The position numbers were made by a program, and so were the translations under genes. From an uncultured Mycoplasmatota bacterium (lineage in GTDB: Bacteria; Bacillota_I; Bacilli_A; RF39; UBA660): a stretch of DNA of 61,370 bases. Each line of letters starts with the position of its first letter. The stretch's first letter is position 1. Location: the NCBI GenBank assembly GCA_947365915.1, contig CANAXT010000003.1, positions 1-61,370 of the forward strand, written 5' to 3'. The notes beneath the pieces were generated by a model. That model ran no database searches and was not told where the DNA came from. It was given only the letters and a program-made list of their open reading frames with translations. Positions 28,691-38,699 of the stretch are shown here, piece by piece.

Positions 28691-31027
28691 CTATTTTCCT
28701 TGATAATGTTTTAACCAATAATATTCTATGTTGTTAAATTCTTCTAATTTTTTCTTTCCATTTTCAGATAAACTTGTTGTAAAATCATTTTCATAGTACC
28801 AAGGAGTATGGATCACTTTTAGTTGTTTTTTTAAATCAGTTAGATATTGTAAGTAAGCGTTTCCTTTCCATGATAAGTTTTCGAATAATTCTGGCATTAA
28901 AAACATTGGGCTGATGGTAGGTGCATCCCCTACAAAATCATTTTTCGTTACTTTTTTTGCTACTTCATTTGCCCAAATGAAGTATGGAACTCCATAATAA
29001 TTTAAAAATCCTTCTTCTGTATTGGTATCCATATCAATACCCATTTGTCTGTATCCAATTTCTCCATCTCCTAAAAATGGATTATGATCTGCAAATACTA
29101 ATATTACAACAGGTTCCTTTTGTTTTTTAAAGTAATCTACTAATTTCTTTAATGATTTATTGGTATCTTTTATTCCGTGCAAATAATTATTAATCGTATT
29201 ATAAATTACCTCATCCATTTCTTCTGGCTGTTCTAAATATTTTTCTTCATATAACTTTTCTGCACTATATGGTCCATGGTTTTGATAAGTTACGGAAAAA
29301 TGAAAGTATGGTTTGTCCTTTTTGACTGATTTTTCATATCCTTTAATTATATAATCAAAAAATTTGTCATCTGTTAAAAATGTTTCTTGAACTTTTGAAA
29401 AACGATTTTCATAATAATCAAAATTTTGAAATCCTAATATTTCATCTACATTTCTTCTGTTATAGAACCATCCATAAATAGGATGCATTGCTTCTGTATA
29501 ATATCCTTGCTCATTAAAATATTGTACAAATGAGTTTGCGTTTTTACGAAAAGATGGTAATTGATAATATCCTGTTAAATAACTTCTTTCCGTATTAATT
29601 GTTCCTCCACCAAATACATTAGACACAATTTTTCCAGAATACGATTCCTTTTCTATTTGATGAAAATCTTCATAAATATCTTCTGTTAATTTCACAGAGT
29701 CAAATTTAGATATATCTTGATATGCCTCTAACATAATTGAAATTACATTTACTTTTTTATCTGAAGATATGTTTTCTAATTTGTAATTTGAAAGTATTAT
29801 TTCTGCTTTTTTATTATTATAATTTTCTGGCTTTTTTATTTTAACTACTTTAGTACTATGAAGAAATGGATAAATAAATCCACGTATTTTATACTGTTGA
29901 GTTTCAGACCAAATATTAATATTAGATTGATCCCCTACTTTGTTATATAATTTATCACTTTGATAAATTGGTTTTAATCCAATCAATGCAATTGAAAAAA
30001 TAATCATTGCGTACAATATTCTTTTTTTCACTTTCATTTTACTTTTAGTTCGATATAAAAATAATATAAACATAATCAATAATGAGGTAATGATCAATAC
30101 TACCATAAATAAGGTTATTTTTAATTCATATCTTTTTGACATTTCAAATGCTTCTGTAAAAAGCGTTAAATCTGTTGCTACAAATGGGTCATCACGGTAG
30201 ATCAATTTTGTACGATTTACAAATCCCATAATAAAAACTAAAAAATTTGTAATTCCAAAGCTAAGCCATAATCTTTTTGTCAATATATAAAATAATATTA
30301 AAGTAATTAAAATTGGTATTCCATTTAATAAAACTACCGAAGTTTGCTTCCAATAAATTTTAAATGTTGGCATATCCATTCCCTGACTTGAAAAATAAAA
30401 ATTAATTGTTAAAATCCAAGCGGATAATAAAAGCATAATCCCTATCATTTGTAATACTATTTTAGGAAAATTATTCAAATTCTTTTTTGTATATGGAATG
30501 ATTTTTCTAAAGTTTCTATAAATATAAGACTTTTCGGCTTTGTCAAATAATTCTTCATCAGATTTTCGGTATCCATAAAACGTATTAATTTTTATTTTAC
30601 TTAATTTTCCTATTCGTTCCTCTTGAACGAATATTTTCCCTAATAATTGTCCAGTTTCGAAACAATAATCAGTTGCCTTTGTTTTATATTCTGGTAATGC
30701 TTTTTTTATCAATTCTAATGGTAAAGCACTGATTAAAATGCATTCTTTAGGAAAAAAATCTCTTAGAATTCGATCATCTAATCGATTTTTGTGGGTATCC
30801 CAAAATTGTGTAATAGTAGTATCACTATTTTCTTTTAAAAATGAAAAATAAAATACATAATATTGTTCTTTCGTAATTTTATTTAGTTTAAATAAAAAAT
30901 AATAAAATATATGTAAAAAGATATATTTTATTATTTTTCTATTTTGGGTACAGCAAAATAGAAAAAAGTCACGTGCTAAATTTCCTTTGTAAATAATTTT
31001 TTCAAATTCTATTATTTTGTAATTCAT
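28691..31027 (-). CDS. LtaS-type sulfatase-fold (phosphoglycerol/phospho-sugar) transferase with a degenerate HAD-like N-terminal domain
   Basis: 778 aa. Central polytopic segment, then an extracellular sulfatase-like domain ('ISIMLEAYQD', 'GGGTINTERSYLTG', 'FADHNP'). The N-terminal ~190 aa are paralogous to the HAD domain of 44558-45538. Confidence 0.75.
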   Translation of the reverse strand: MNYKIIEFEKIIYKGNLARDFFLFCCTQNRKIIKYIFLHIFYYFLFKLNKITKEQYYVFYFSFLKENSDTTITQFWDTHKNRLDDRILRDFFPKECILISALPLELIKKALPEYKTKATDYCFETGQLLGKIFVQEERIGKLSKIKINTFYGYRKSDEELFDKAEKSYIYRNFRKIIPYTKKNLNNFPKIVLQMIGIMLLLSAWILTINFYFSSQGMDMPTFKIYWKQTSVVLLNGIPILITLILFYILTKRLWLSFGITNFLVFIMGFVNRTKLIYRDDPFVATDLTLFTEAFEMSKRYELKITLFMVVLIITSLLIMFILFLYRTKSKMKVKKRILYAMIIFSIALIGLKPIYQSDKLYNKVGDQSNINIWSETQQYKIRGFIYPFLHSTKVVKIKKPENYNNKKAEIILSNYKLENISSDKKVNVISIMLEAYQDISKFDSVKLTEDIYEDFHQIEKESYSGKIVSNVFGGGTINTERSYLTGYYQLPSFRKNANSFVQYFNEQGYYTEAMHPIYGWFYNRRNVDEILGFQNFDYYENRFSKVQETFLTDDKFFDYIIKGYEKSVKKDKPYFHFSVTYQNHGPYSAEKLYEEKYLEQPEEMDEVIYNTINNYLHGIKDTNKSLKKLVDYFKKQKEPVVILVFADHNPFLGDGEIGYRQMGIDMDTNTEEGFLNYYGVPYFIWANEVAKKVTKNDFVGDAPTISPMFLMPELFENLSWKGNAYLQYLTDLKKQLKVIHTPWYYENDFTTSLSENGKKKLEEFNNIEYYWLKHYQGK

Positions 31028-31127
31028 AATAAATCTCCTTAATTAAAAGTATAAAGAAAAAAAAGAAAAAAATCAATAATATCACATATTTTTCACTTTT
31101 TTGATTATAAGATTCTTAAATATATTT

Positions 31128-32813
31128 TTATGGTATCATCCACATAAAATGAGAAGGATAATATTCTCTTCCGAATTCTACAATATTCCATAATTCTTTA
31201 CCATTACAATAAATCATAATTAAGAAAATCAAAAGCCAAACAATATTTTTATATTTTGGAATCTTTTCAAAAACCTGCTTTAATAGTAATGAAATTAAAA
31301 TAAAGTAAGCCCAAGAAAAATAAATTCCATAAATTATTAATCCATTTTCTGCGGTTCCCCAGCCGATAATACATAAAATTACAAACGAGAATAATAACCA
31401 TCCAAAACTAATTTGCGCAATTTTATTTTTTCGATTTAGTATAAATGATAGAACCATTAGGATTATTAAAACTAATCCAAATATATTAATTCCTGTAGAC
31501 GCTTGTAATTGATATGAAACATGGTCAAGTGTTACATGATCTATGGTTGCCTTTGGTGCTATAAAGCAACTAGAGATAAAATTAATATATTGATATAATC
31601 TATCTATAAAATCTACATCCGTTCCCATATGTTGCTGATACACCTCAAATCCGGTTATACAGTTGACTATTCTTCCTGCTTGTCCACATAGAATAATTAA
31701 AAAGCAAAAAATCAGTCCATATTTTATTCCTTCTTTTATAAATTTTTTCCAATCTTTGCAAAATACAAGAAAAGGCAATAAAACTGCATTTGTAATTAGT
31801 GATCCTGTTGCTGCGCTAAATAAAAATGGGTTTGACTTCTTTTTTTCAACAAAATAATATATTAAAATAATTAGCCAAAATAGTCCAAAAATATATTGTT
31901 CTACATTAAGTGTAAAAAATATAGTTGCAAACATCAATGCATAAAATATAGCAAAAAATATATTTTCTTTTTTATTAATTAATCGCGCTAATAAAATTGA
32001 ACAAATAATTAATACTAATCCTTGAAGACAAACAATAAAAAATGAATATATCGTAGTTCTCGGGAAAAAGCTAAAAATTTCAGCTCCAATATCTGCAATC
32101 ATTCCAAATGGAAAAGCAAAAGCTGCAAATAGTGGTTGTCTAAGATCATTTTCAGGAGCATTAAAATTTAAAAAACTATTTCGGTTAATTTGAATTCCAT
32201 TGTCTGTAGTATATAATATATCATATAATTCTATATTTTCTGTTTTAACATTAAAAGGAGCAGTAAAAGCAGTTGTATTTAAATTGACCCAAGTAATTAA
32301 AATCAAAGAAACAACGCATGCTACTACAAAGTACTTTTTTTCAAATTTTGAAAGGCTTTTAAAAAACGAAATAATTTTTGGTAAACAATAATGTATAATT
32401 ACAAACCATACAAGGCATAGAAATGGGATTGATAATATTTGTAATCCCAATTGTCCGAATAACCATAAACTATTACTATCCATATTACATAGTGAAGAAA
32501 ATTTTAATATCGTACTCTTCATGAATGACTCAGCAACAGTAAAATAATGAAGTAATATTCGACTAGTTTGTACCCCCAAAAAAATACAAATCCAATAATC
32601 TAATTGATACTTTATCACTGGTTTCCATTCCACAATTTTTATTATTATATGCTTATAAAATAATGCATATCCTGCTGCAATTCCAACTATCAATGCACTC
32701 ATTATACTAATTAACTTGGGACTATCAATAGTTACTATTTGATTACAACATATTATTGAAAATAATAGTATCACGTTCAAAACTTTTTCTCTTTTCACAC
32801 AAAATCGTTTCAT
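31128..32813 (-). CDS. Polytopic membrane protein, GT-C-like glycosyltransferase candidate
   Basis: 561 aa with more than 12 hydrophobic helices. Sits between the LtaS-like and UbiA-like genes. No family recognised. Confidence 0.35.
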   Translation of the reverse strand: MKRFCVKREKVLNVILLFSIICCNQIVTIDSPKLISIMSALIVGIAAGYALFYKHIIIKIVEWKPVIKYQLDYWICIFLGVQTSRILLHYFTVAESFMKSTILKFSSLCNMDSNSLWLFGQLGLQILSIPFLCLVWFVIIHYCLPKIISFFKSLSKFEKKYFVVACVVSLILITWVNLNTTAFTAPFNVKTENIELYDILYTTDNGIQINRNSFLNFNAPENDLRQPLFAAFAFPFGMIADIGAEIFSFFPRTTIYSFFIVCLQGLVLIICSILLARLINKKENIFFAIFYALMFATIFFTLNVEQYIFGLFWLIILIYYFVEKKKSNPFLFSAATGSLITNAVLLPFLVFCKDWKKFIKEGIKYGLIFCFLIILCGQAGRIVNCITGFEVYQQHMGTDVDFIDRLYQYINFISSCFIAPKATIDHVTLDHVSYQLQASTGINIFGLVLIILMVLSFILNRKNKIAQISFGWLLFSFVILCIIGWGTAENGLIIYGIYFSWAYFILISLLLKQVFEKIPKYKNIVWLLIFLIMIYCNGKELWNIVEFGREYYPSHFMWMIP

Positions 32814-32826
32814 TCTTACACTTCCT

Positions 32827-33705
32827 TCACCATAAATAAATAATTCCCATTACGACTAGTCCATAAATTAAAATAATGCTTAATAATAATTTATCTTCTA
32901 ATACAACATCTACAGGATCTCCCAAACTATCATTTTCTACATCCATGCTATATTTCATTAGAATTAGAATCACGATTGGGACAGTCCAAATCAGTAAGTT
33001 TCCTGTTTTTAAAACATTATTTGGATCTACTGTCCATAATGCGTAAAATACGATTGTTAAAGATAAACACATATACATATTTTTATCTAGAAAATTTTCA
33101 TTGTAGTATTTTAATACTTCTCTAGATTTAGTACCAGATTTCTTTATTTCATTTCTTCTTTTGCCTAGTCCTAAATAAAAAGCAGCTGATATGATTGTTA
33201 AATATAACCAGTTAGAGACTGAAATTTCTGTGATACTAGCTCCATACAATACTCTAATTAAAAATCCAGAAACTAAAATTGTAATATCTAAAAGAGGTAC
33301 ATTTTTCAAACCAAAACTATAAAAAAGATTAATAATTATATATACTAGTATATATAAGTAACTCGCATGAGTTACTTCTGAAGTTGCACCAATTTGAAAC
33401 AATAATGAAATGAAGAACAAGCATATTGCTAGTATAATTGCATTTTTCACACTTACTTTTTCTGAAGCGATTGGTCTATCTTTTTTCTTTTCATGTAATT
33501 TATCTCTTTCTTTATCTCTAATATCATTTACAATATAAACAATGGAAGTTGAAAGCGAAAATGCAAAAAAAGCCATTATTGTTGAAATCAATAAATTTAG
33601 ATTCAATAAATTACTACTAAATATGATCGGAAAAAATATCAACAAATTTTTTATATAATGTTTTGGTCTCATTAGTTTTAAATATTGTTTCATAAACACT
33701 CTCAC
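32827..33705 (-). CDS. UbiA-family polyprenyl-phosphate phosphoribosyltransferase (DPPR synthase-like)
   Basis: 292 aa. 'MRPKHYIKNLLIF' and 'NDIRDKERDKLHEKKKDRPIASEKV' match the NDxxDxxxD..H..K..RPIA signature of the mycobacterial UbiA (Rv3806c) family. Confidence 0.8.
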   Translation of the reverse strand: MRVFMKQYLKLMRPKHYIKNLLIFFPIIFSSNLLNLNLLISTIMAFFAFSLSTSIVYIVNDIRDKERDKLHEKKKDRPIASEKVSVKNAIILAICLFFISLLFQIGATSEVTHASYLYILVYIIINLFYSFGLKNVPLLDITILVSGFLIRVLYGASITEISVSNWLYLTIISAAFYLGLGKRRNEIKKSGTKSREVLKYYNENFLDKNMYMCLSLTIVFYALWTVDPNNVLKTGNLLIWTVPIVILILMKYSMDVENDSLGDPVDVVLEDKLLLSIILIYGLVVMGIIYLW

Positions 33706-33711
33706 TTTCTA

Positions 33712-34056
33712 TCATTTTTTAGCAATTAGTATAATACCAATAATAATTAAAATAATTCCCATCACATTGGTTATCGAGCAAGATTCCTTAAATACAAATA
33801 TTCCAATTAATAATACAATAATTTGTACTATTCCTGTTAAAATTGGAAAAATATAAGATAAATCAAAAGATACTAACAATTTTTGCCATATTAGAAAACT
33901 TGCAATATAAAAAATAAATCCTAAACATGTTATAAATCCAATTTTAAATTGTATAGAATCTTTTAGAGAAAACGATAAGCTATCTCCACCCATTTTCATA
34001 AATAATAATCCAAGAGAGGTACAAATTAAGTATATAATACTAAGTAATAATTTCAT
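33712..34056 (-). CDS. Small 4-TM SMR/EamA-like protein (ArnE/F-type lipid-linked sugar flippase candidate)
   Basis: 114 aa with four hydrophobic helices. Overlaps the upstream GT-C gene. Confidence 0.55.
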   Translation of the reverse strand: MKLLLSIIYLICTSLGLLFMKMGGDSLSFSLKDSIQFKIGFITCLGFIFYIASFLIWQKLLVSFDLSYIFPILTGIVQIIVLLIGIFVFKESCSITNVMGIILIIIGIILIAKK

Positions 34057-35353
34057 TTTTTGTTTTCCTTTCCTTGTATTTATTCCACATAATTGAAATA
34101 CCGATTCCTATTATAATAAATTGCATAAAATATAAAGTTTGTGCATATCTATCAAATGAGAACGTATAAGAATATAGTGCTATTTGAAATATATAAGTAG
34201 TTACCAGCAATGCCATTTCTTTCCAATATCTTTTAAAAACAACAATCATAATTAATGAACAAAAAGTTAAAATGAGTGTTATATTACGTATTAAAAGATT
34301 CCATTCTTTTGGCACTTTTAATACTTCTTTCCAATAAAATGTACTAGTAAGCATAATTTTAGGTTTATACAACATATAAGATTTTAACATGGCTTTGGGA
34401 TTTTTTTTCCACCATTCCTTCATTCTATATTTTGCTTTGATTCCATCATATTCTAATGTATAATATTGATTTAAGGCTGACAATTTATTTGATTCTTTGC
34501 CAAATAGGTATTTTTTCATTTCCATCGATAGCTTATCATCTACATTTTTTTTATAATCTAATTCTTCATCTAAAGGATAATCATATCCTTGGTAAGTTCC
34601 CAATAGTAATGGATTTCCTGTTCCATATGTTAATGGAATAAATTTGTTAAATACTTTATAATTGCGAATTGTCCAAGGAATTAAAAATAAAGATAACACT
34701 CCAGCTGCAATGATTCCTTGTTTTATGAGTAATTTAAAATCATATTTCTTTAGTAATAAATAGAAAAATAAGAATAATGGATAAATTCCAATATTTGGTC
34801 GAATCATGATTCCGAATATATACCAAAATACAATCCACCAAAAATCTTTCCATTCTTTTGTTTTACTGAGTTTCAATGTATGATAAATTAAAAATATAAA
34901 TGACAACATAAATGGCGTTTCTGTTAAAACCATACTATTCATCCATAAAAAGTCTGTTGTTAATAACAAACAAGTAATTATTCCAGATATTATGTCATTT
35001 GCAAAAAAACGCATAATTTTATATAAACCATAAATTGATAGTTCTGCCATAATAATCCAAAATAATTTTAAAGAAAGCCATAATAATCCTCCTTTTCCAA
35101 AAATTAAAGCAAAAAAGGAAATTAAAATTGGCATACCTGGCATAATTTGGGCTGTTTTCTCATAATTATGAATCGTGATTTTTCCACTTTCCAAAAATTG
35201 TATTCCACTATTGACATAACTTAAATCATCACTTCCTAATGTATAAGAGTAACCAAGTTGATAAAGTACTAATAAATTTAAAATACATGAAACAATAAGT
35301 AATAAATATAAAATTTTATTTTCTTTTATATGTTTTTTAATCTTATTTTTCAT
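34040..35353 (-). CDS. GT-C fold glycosyltransferase (ArnT/PMT family 39-like)
   Basis: 437 aa, polytopic. 'GSDDLSY' lies in the first loop. Context is a GT2 and a small flippase. Confidence 0.6.
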   Translation of the reverse strand: MKNKIKKHIKENKILYLLLIVSCILNLLVLYQLGYSYTLGSDDLSYVNSGIQFLESGKITIHNYEKTAQIMPGMPILISFFALIFGKGGLLWLSLKLFWIIMAELSIYGLYKIMRFFANDIISGIITCLLLTTDFLWMNSMVLTETPFMLSFIFLIYHTLKLSKTKEWKDFWWIVFWYIFGIMIRPNIGIYPLFLFFYLLLKKYDFKLLIKQGIIAAGVLSLFLIPWTIRNYKVFNKFIPLTYGTGNPLLLGTYQGYDYPLDEELDYKKNVDDKLSMEMKKYLFGKESNKLSALNQYYTLEYDGIKAKYRMKEWWKKNPKAMLKSYMLYKPKIMLTSTFYWKEVLKVPKEWNLLIRNITLILTFCSLIMIVVFKRYWKEMALLVTTYIFQIALYSYTFSFDRYAQTLYFMQFIIIGIGISIMWNKYKERKTKNEIIT

Positions 35354-35708
35354 CCATTTTATTCCTTTCCAGTTCCTGTTTTAAAATTCCAAATTCCTGT
35401 GTTAATACCATCAATTTGTGCTTCAATTCTGATACAATAATTGTCAAACTAAATGAAATCACTAAAAGAACAATAATACCCCCTAAAAAAAGCAAGTTGC
35501 TAAGGGTTTCTATTCCAAAACTTTTCGCAATTTGTTCTAATGGTTCTGGTATAATCGCACAAATAAACATAGCAAAAGCAGAGATGAACCATACTACAGA
35601 ATATCTAACTGAAATTTTTCGTTTATGGACATATCGGTATATGAAAAAAGTAAAACATAAAATTAAAAATATAAGTTCAATTTGTAAACGTAATGGTACA
35701 TTATTCAT
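35343..35708 (-). CDS. DUF2304-like small membrane protein
   Basis: Starts 'MNNVPLRLQIELIF' and overlaps the GT2 stop by 8 nt. Typical partner of GtrB-like GT2 genes. Confidence 0.55.
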   Translation of the reverse strand: MNNVPLRLQIELIFLILCFTFFIYRYVHKRKISVRYSVVWFISAFAMFICAIIPEPLEQIAKSFGIETLSNLLFLGGIIVLLVISFSLTIIVSELKHKLMVLTQEFGILKQELERNKMDEK

Positions 35709-36423
35709 TCTTTTTCCCTCCGCTTCCAACTGCCGTAATAATAATAGCAAGTCCTACTTTTATCATATAAAATAATGACTTTAATGCTCTAATTGATGAG
35801 GTGCCACCTTCTCTTTCTAACATTCTCACTGGAACTTCTTTGATTTTACAACCAGATTTGATTAAGGTTACTAGTGTTTCTGGTTCAGGATAATCACTAG
35901 GATAATAAGAAACAAACATATTAATTATTTTATTATTAGCAGCACGAAAACCTGATGTAACATCCTTTATTTTAACTCCTGTACAAATCCGAATCAAACT
36001 CGATAGTAGTTTGATTCCAAGTCTTCTGGTAGAAGAAGACTTGAAATCGCTTTCTTTACCAACAAATCTAGAGCCAACAACAAAATCATATTTTTCTTCT
36101 ATAATTGGTCTAATTAAAGTTTCAATATAATGCTCATCATGCTGTCCATCTCCATCAAATTGAATTGCAATATCATAATGGTTATATTTTGCAAAACGAT
36201 AACCAGTCTGCACTGCACCTCCAATTCCCAAATTATTAACTAAATTAATATGCTTAATATTTTCTGTTTCTAAAATTTCTCTTGTCCTATCTGTTGAGCC
36301 ATCATTAATTACGATATAATCAAGCTCTATTTTTGGAATTTTTACTGCTTTTACTTTTTTTACTGTGTTTAAAATGTTTATTTCTTCATTATAAGCAGGA
36401 ATAATCATTAATACCTTTTTCAT
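35701..36423 (-). CDS. GT2 polyprenyl-phosphate glycosyltransferase (GtrB/ArnC/DPM1-like)
   Basis: 240 aa with 'IIPAYNEE', 'INDGSTD' and 'QFDGDGQH'. Confidence 0.85.
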   Translation of the reverse strand: MKKVLMIIPAYNEEINILNTVKKVKAVKIPKIELDYIVINDGSTDRTREILETENIKHINLVNNLGIGGAVQTGYRFAKYNHYDIAIQFDGDGQHDEHYIETLIRPIIEEKYDFVVGSRFVGKESDFKSSSTRRLGIKLLSSLIRICTGVKIKDVTSGFRAANNKIINMFVSYYPSDYPEPETLVTLIKSGCKIKEVPVRMLEREGGTSSIRALKSLFYMIKVGLAIIITAVGSGGKKNE

Positions 36424-36446
36424 AGTTCACTCCTAACTACAATCAT

Positions 36447-37550
36447 TTATTTTGAAAATCTGGCTATGATTGCATTTACAATACGTTTGCTTGCTTCTCC
36501 ATCTCCATACGGATTACTTGATTTACTCATCGCCTCATATGTTTGATGATCGGTTAATAATGTTTTGGTTTCACTATATATTTTTTCTTCATCTGTTCCC
36601 ACTAGTTTTAAAGTTCCCGCTTTAATTCCTTCTGGTCTTTCTGTTGTATCTCTTAAAACCAATACTGGTTTTCCAAGTGATGGAGCTTCTTCTTGAATTC
36701 CTCCACTATCTGTTAAAATGATATGAGAACTAGCTATAAAATTGTGAAAATCAAATACTTCTAATGGTTCAATCAATTTTACTCTATCTGAGTCTTTTAA
36801 AACTTCATTTGCAATTTCTCTTACTTTTGGATTCATATGAATTGGATATACAACTTTTATATCTTTAAATTCATCCACAATTCGTTTTACTGCTCTAAAG
36901 ATATGATACATCGGTTCTCCTAAATTTTCTCTTCTATGAGCAGTTAATAAAATCATTTTGTTATTTCCTACCCAATCTAGTACTTCATGATGATAATCCT
37001 CTTTTACTGTCGTTTTCATTGCATCAATTGCAGTATTTCCAGTTACAAAAATAGTGTTTTCTTTTTTTCCTTCATCTATTAAATTTTTGGCACTTAATGC
37101 GGTTGGAGAAAAATGCATATCTGCCATACAACCTACCATTTGACGATTCATTTCTTCTGGATATGGGGAATATTTGTCCCATGTTCTAAGTCCAGCTTCT
37201 ACATGCCCTATAGCAGTACTGTTGTAAAAAGCTGCTAATGCTCCTGCAAATGTAGTTGTTGTATCTCCATGAACTAAAACGATATCGGGTTTTTCTTTTT
37301 TTATGACTTCTTCTAATCCATTAAGTGCTCTTGTTGTTACTTCTCCTAATGTTTGTCCTTGTTTCATGATATTCAAATCATAATCTGGTTTGATTTCAAA
37401 TGTTTCCAACACTTGGTCCAGCATCTCTCTATGTTGTGCTGTTACACAAACAATACAGCTGATTTCTTCCCTACTTTTTAATTCTTTTACTAGTGGTGCC
37501 ATTTTTATGGCTTCTGGTCTTGTCCCGAATACAGTCATTACTTTAATCAT
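36447..37550 (-). CDS. mnaA: UDP-N-acetylglucosamine 2-epimerase (non-hydrolysing)
   Basis: 367 aa with 'VFGTRPEAIKMAPL', 'VHGDTTT' and 'DSGGIQEEAPSLGKPVLVLR'. Confidence 0.92.
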   Translation of the reverse strand: MIKVMTVFGTRPEAIKMAPLVKELKSREEISCIVCVTAQHREMLDQVLETFEIKPDYDLNIMKQGQTLGEVTTRALNGLEEVIKKEKPDIVLVHGDTTTTFAGALAAFYNSTAIGHVEAGLRTWDKYSPYPEEMNRQMVGCMADMHFSPTALSAKNLIDEGKKENTIFVTGNTAIDAMKTTVKEDYHHEVLDWVGNNKMILLTAHRRENLGEPMYHIFRAVKRIVDEFKDIKVVYPIHMNPKVREIANEVLKDSDRVKLIEPLEVFDFHNFIASSHIILTDSGGIQEEAPSLGKPVLVLRDTTERPEGIKAGTLKLVGTDEEKIYSETKTLLTDHQTYEAMSKSSNPYGDGEASKRIVNAIIARFSK

Positions 37551-37565
37551 ACTTTTTCCTCTTTT

Positions 37566-38696
37566 CTAAACATTTCTTAAAAATGAAATCCATTTTTCTT
37601 TTACTATGTCAAATGAGTATTGTTGAACACTTTTTTTCGCAGTTTCTCCTAGTAAGTTTCTTTTTTCTCTGTTTTCAATCAACTCTCCTATTTGTTCAGC
37701 CATTTGTTTTATGTTTCTATTTTCTATTAGATAACCATTTTTATCTGGTTCAATAATTTCATGTGCGCCTTGTGCACTAGAGAATGCTATTAGTGGAATT
37801 CCAAATGAAGCTGCTTCTAATAAGACAATTCCAAATGATTCTTCATAGGAACACATAACATAAATAGAGTTGTGTAACATTTCTTTATAAATGTATTCCT
37901 TATTTTGAAATCCATGGAGTATTACAGACTTGTCTAATTCTAATTCTTTTATTTTCTGTTTTATCAAATTCATTTGAACGCCATCACCAATAATGTTCAG
38001 TTTCCAATCTGGATATTTTTGATGTACTAATTCAAAAACCTCAATTAGGTCTAAAAATCCTTTTTCAGGAGATAGTCTTCCGATCGATATTAAATTTTTT
38101 TCACTTAAATTTGATTTTTCTTTTGGCCAATATTCTAATGCATTTGGAATAAAGATACATTTTGTTTTACCATGAGTTTTAGTTTTATAAAACTCAGTTA
38201 ATTCATTTGATACAGGCATCAGGTAATCTATGTTGGTACAAGATTTTTTTATTTTCTCTATATATTTTTGATTGTTATTATGATGGCAGTGTTCTTGAGC
38301 AATTTTGATTGTATCCTCTTTTCCATATTTATTTAGTAATTTAGTATATAAAATACGGCTTGATATTATAATATCTGCATCACTATTTTTTATATATTTT
38401 TTCATTTCAGAAGTTCTTTTTTTTAAAATGTATAAACTTTTGATACCTTCTTTAAAAGCTTTAAAAAAATTTTTCCTTTTTAAATACTGTTTAAATATTT
38501 CACGATTGGGTTTTAAATTTGTTAAATAAGTTACTTTGACCTTTTTATTCATTTTATATGGTATTTCATCTATCAATTTATAGGTAATTACCAGCTCAAC
38601 TTCATAATCATCACATAACATGTTCGACATGTTGGCAATCGCTTGTTCTACGCCTCCATAACCAAGATGGAGTCCTAAAATCGAAATTTTTTTCAT
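37566..38696 (-). CDS. GT4-family glycosyltransferase
   Basis: 376 aa with 'GRLSPEKG' and 'ESFGIVLLEA'. Confidence 0.85.
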   Translation of the reverse strand: MKKISILGLHLGYGGVEQAIANMSNMLCDDYEVELVITYKLIDEIPYKMNKKVKVTYLTNLKPNREIFKQYLKRKNFFKAFKEGIKSLYILKKRTSEMKKYIKNSDADIIISSRILYTKLLNKYGKEDTIKIAQEHCHHNNNQKYIEKIKKSCTNIDYLMPVSNELTEFYKTKTHGKTKCIFIPNALEYWPKEKSNLSEKNLISIGRLSPEKGFLDLIEVFELVHQKYPDWKLNIIGDGVQMNLIKQKIKELELDKSVILHGFQNKEYIYKEMLHNSIYVMCSYEESFGIVLLEAASFGIPLIAFSSAQGAHEIIEPDKNGYLIENRNIKQMAEQIGELIENREKRNLLGETAKKSVQQYSFDIVKEKWISFLRNV

Positions 38697-38699
38697 CTA

